This document shows positions 61,636 to 64,000 of a stretch of 64,000 bases of DNA, piece by piece. Under the pieces are notes generated by a model. That model was not told where the DNA came from. It saw only the letters and a program-made list of their open reading frames with translations, and did not search any database. Within the stretch, counting starts at the first letter, position 1, and every line of letters begins with the position of its first letter. Origin of the DNA: Torpedo marmorata (Eukaryota). Where the stretch lies: NCBI GenBank assembly GCA_977017645.1, contig OZ360221.1, forward strand, positions 120,962,001-121,026,000, given 5' to 3'. The position numbers and the translations under genes were made by a program.

Positions 61636-64000
61636 CAATAGACAATAGACAATAGGAGCTGGAGTAGGCCTTTCGGCCCGTCGAGCCAGCACCGCCATTT
61701 TACAGATCATGGCTGATCACTACTATCAGTACCCCTTTCCAGCCTTATCCCCATAACCCTTAACTCCTCTGCCCACTAGAGTCTTATCTAACTCTCTTTT
61801 GAACATAATCAGCGAATCTGCCTCTACCACCCTCTGTGGCAGAGCATTCCACAGATTCACACTTCTCTGGGTAAAAAACGTTTTCCTCATCTCCGTCCTA
61901 AAGGGCCTTCCCTGTATTCTTCAACTATGCCCTCTAGTCCTCGTCTCTCCCATCATTGGGAACAAGTAATCCGACTTCACCCTGTCTATCCCCTTGATAA
62001 TTTTGTATACCTCAATCATGTCCCCCCTCATCCTTCTAAACTCCATCGGATATAAGTCCAGTTTTTCTAACCTTTCAGCATATGTCAACCCTGCCATCCC
62101 TGGAACTAACCTTGTAAATCTGCGCTGCACACCCTCTATAGCTAGTATGTCCTTCCTCAAATTTGGAGACCAGAACTGGACGCAATACTCCAGGTGGGGT
62201 CTCACCAGGGCCCTGTACAACTGCAGAAGGGCGTCTCTGCTCCTATACTCCAATCCCCTCTTTATGAAAGCCAACATGCCATTTGCCTTCTTCACAGCTT
62301 TCTGAACCTGCATGTTAGCCTTCAGTGACCGGTGAACAAGTACACCCAGATCCATTTGCACTTCCCCACTCCCTAGCTTGTCTCCATTTAAATAATACTC
62401 AGCTTTCCTATTACTGCCCCCAAAATGGATAACCTCACATTTGCTCACATTGAACTTCATCTTCCATTCTTCAGCCCACTCCCCCAACCTGTCCAAGTCC
62501 CTCTGCATTTTCCTGACATCCTCTTCACACTTTACACCGCCACCCAGTTTAGTGTCATCTGCAAATTTGCTCATGTTATTAATAATCCCATCATCCAAAT
62601 CATTTACATAAATGACAAACAACTGAGGACCCAACACCGATCCCTGCGGCACTCCACTCGTCACATCCTGCCATCCTGAAAAAGACCCGCTTACCCCAAC
62701 CCTTTGTTTCCTATTTCTTAACCAATTTCCTATCCATGTCAGCACCTTACCTTCAATACCATGCTCCCTGATCTTGCCCACTAGTCTCCCGTGCGGGACC
62801 TTATCAAAGGCCTTCTGGAAGTCCAAATACACCACATCCACTGGCTCTCCCAAGTCCACCCTCTTTGTCACATCTTCGAAAAATTCCAGAAGGTTAGTCA
62901 AGCATGACTTACCCTTAAGGAATCCATGCTGACTAGCCCTTATACTATTATTTCTGCCTAAGTGTTCTGCTATTACTCCTTTTATGATAGATTCCAATAT
63001 CTTCCCCACCACTGACGTCAGGCTGACCGGTCTATAATTTCCCGTTTTCTCCCTCCCTCCCTTCTTAAAAAGCGGCACCACATCAGCCACTCTCCAATCC
63101 ACAGGGACCTCCCCCGAATCTATGGAACTTTGGAAAATGTCGACCAGTGCCTCGACAATTTCCAGAGCAACCTCTTTAAGCACCCTGGGATGCAGCCCAT
63201 CAGGCCCTGGGGATTTATCAGCCCTCAGTCCCAACAATTTACTCACAACCTCCTGCTTCTGGATCCGGATATCTATCAGATTCCCTACTTCCCCAGGAAA
63301 GTTCCCCAAGTCTCTTGATACTGCATGACCACTGCCCCCTAACTGACCATAACCTATATCCTCCTTGGTGAAGACAGATGCAAAGTATTTGTTAAATTCC
63401 TCAGCCATTTCCTTGTTTACAGTAATAATTCCACCCTTTTCCATTCTTAATGGACCAATTTTAGACCGAACCAATTTCTTCCTCTTCACATATTTAAAAA
63501 AGCTTTTGCTATCCTCTATTATATTACTTGCTCATTTCCTCTCGTACTTCATTTTCCCCTCTCGTATGACTTTCTTAGTTACCCTCTGATGTTCTTTGAA
63601 GGTTTCCCAATCCTCTAGCTTCCCACTCTGCTTCGCTATCTTATACTTACTCCCTTTGGACTTGATAATGCACTTGATTTCATTAGTTAGCCACGGCTGC
63701 CATTTGCATCTCCTTGAGCCTTTCCTCCACTTTGGAATGAATTTGTCCTGAATCCTGTGAAAAATGTCCAAAAATACCTGCCATTTTTCCCCAGTTGTCC
63801 TCCCAGCTAGTGTATCTTACCATTTTATTTTGGCTAGCTCCTCCCTCATAGCTGCATAATCCCCTTTATTTAACTGCAGTATAGATGCTTCCGACTTCCT
63901 TTCTTTTTCCCTTTCCAATTTCAGATCAAAAGTAACCATACCATGGTCACTATTCCCTAATGGCACCCCTACTTCGAGGTCACTTATTAACTCTGCATCG
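61636..64000 (-). mobile_element. CR1 LINE with a 522-aa open RT region (63489-61921), continuing beyond the window
   Basis: KSPGPDGLHP, YRPVSLTS, LDFQKAFDKV, GVPQGSVLGP, KFADDTK; (TCTATTG)n 3' tail at 61636-61655. Confidence 0.94.

Overview
Vertebrate genomic DNA, very probably an elasmobranch (shark/ray), inferred from HE1-like V-SINEs and the CR1/Rex1/Penelope repeat landscape. The only host coding sequence I can support is the 75-nt first coding exon of RBMS3 (minus strand, 2363-2437), set in a ~3.6-kb TE-poor zone. The remaining ~60 kb upstream is nested transposons: CR1, Rex1/Babar, an 18-kb L1-clade cluster, a Gmr1-like fragment, three hAT elements, Penelope-like remnants with hammerhead-like motifs, and a class III (ERV-L/S-like) provirus 5' half. 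The most interesting system is a Ty3/Gypsy family present in two copies (33215-37767 and 40835-45274). It has no tRNA primer-binding site; instead a 14-nt segment after the 5' LTR is complementary to the LTR's own R region and co-varies with it between the two copies, suggesting self-priming. Both copies have a YLDN (not YxDD) RT motif and a promoter-motif repeat inside gag-pol. One copy is an internally inverted integrant with breakpoints at the predicted RNA 5' end and at the end of the self-primer site. All calls were made by eye without database searches; boundaries of degenerate repeats are approximate.
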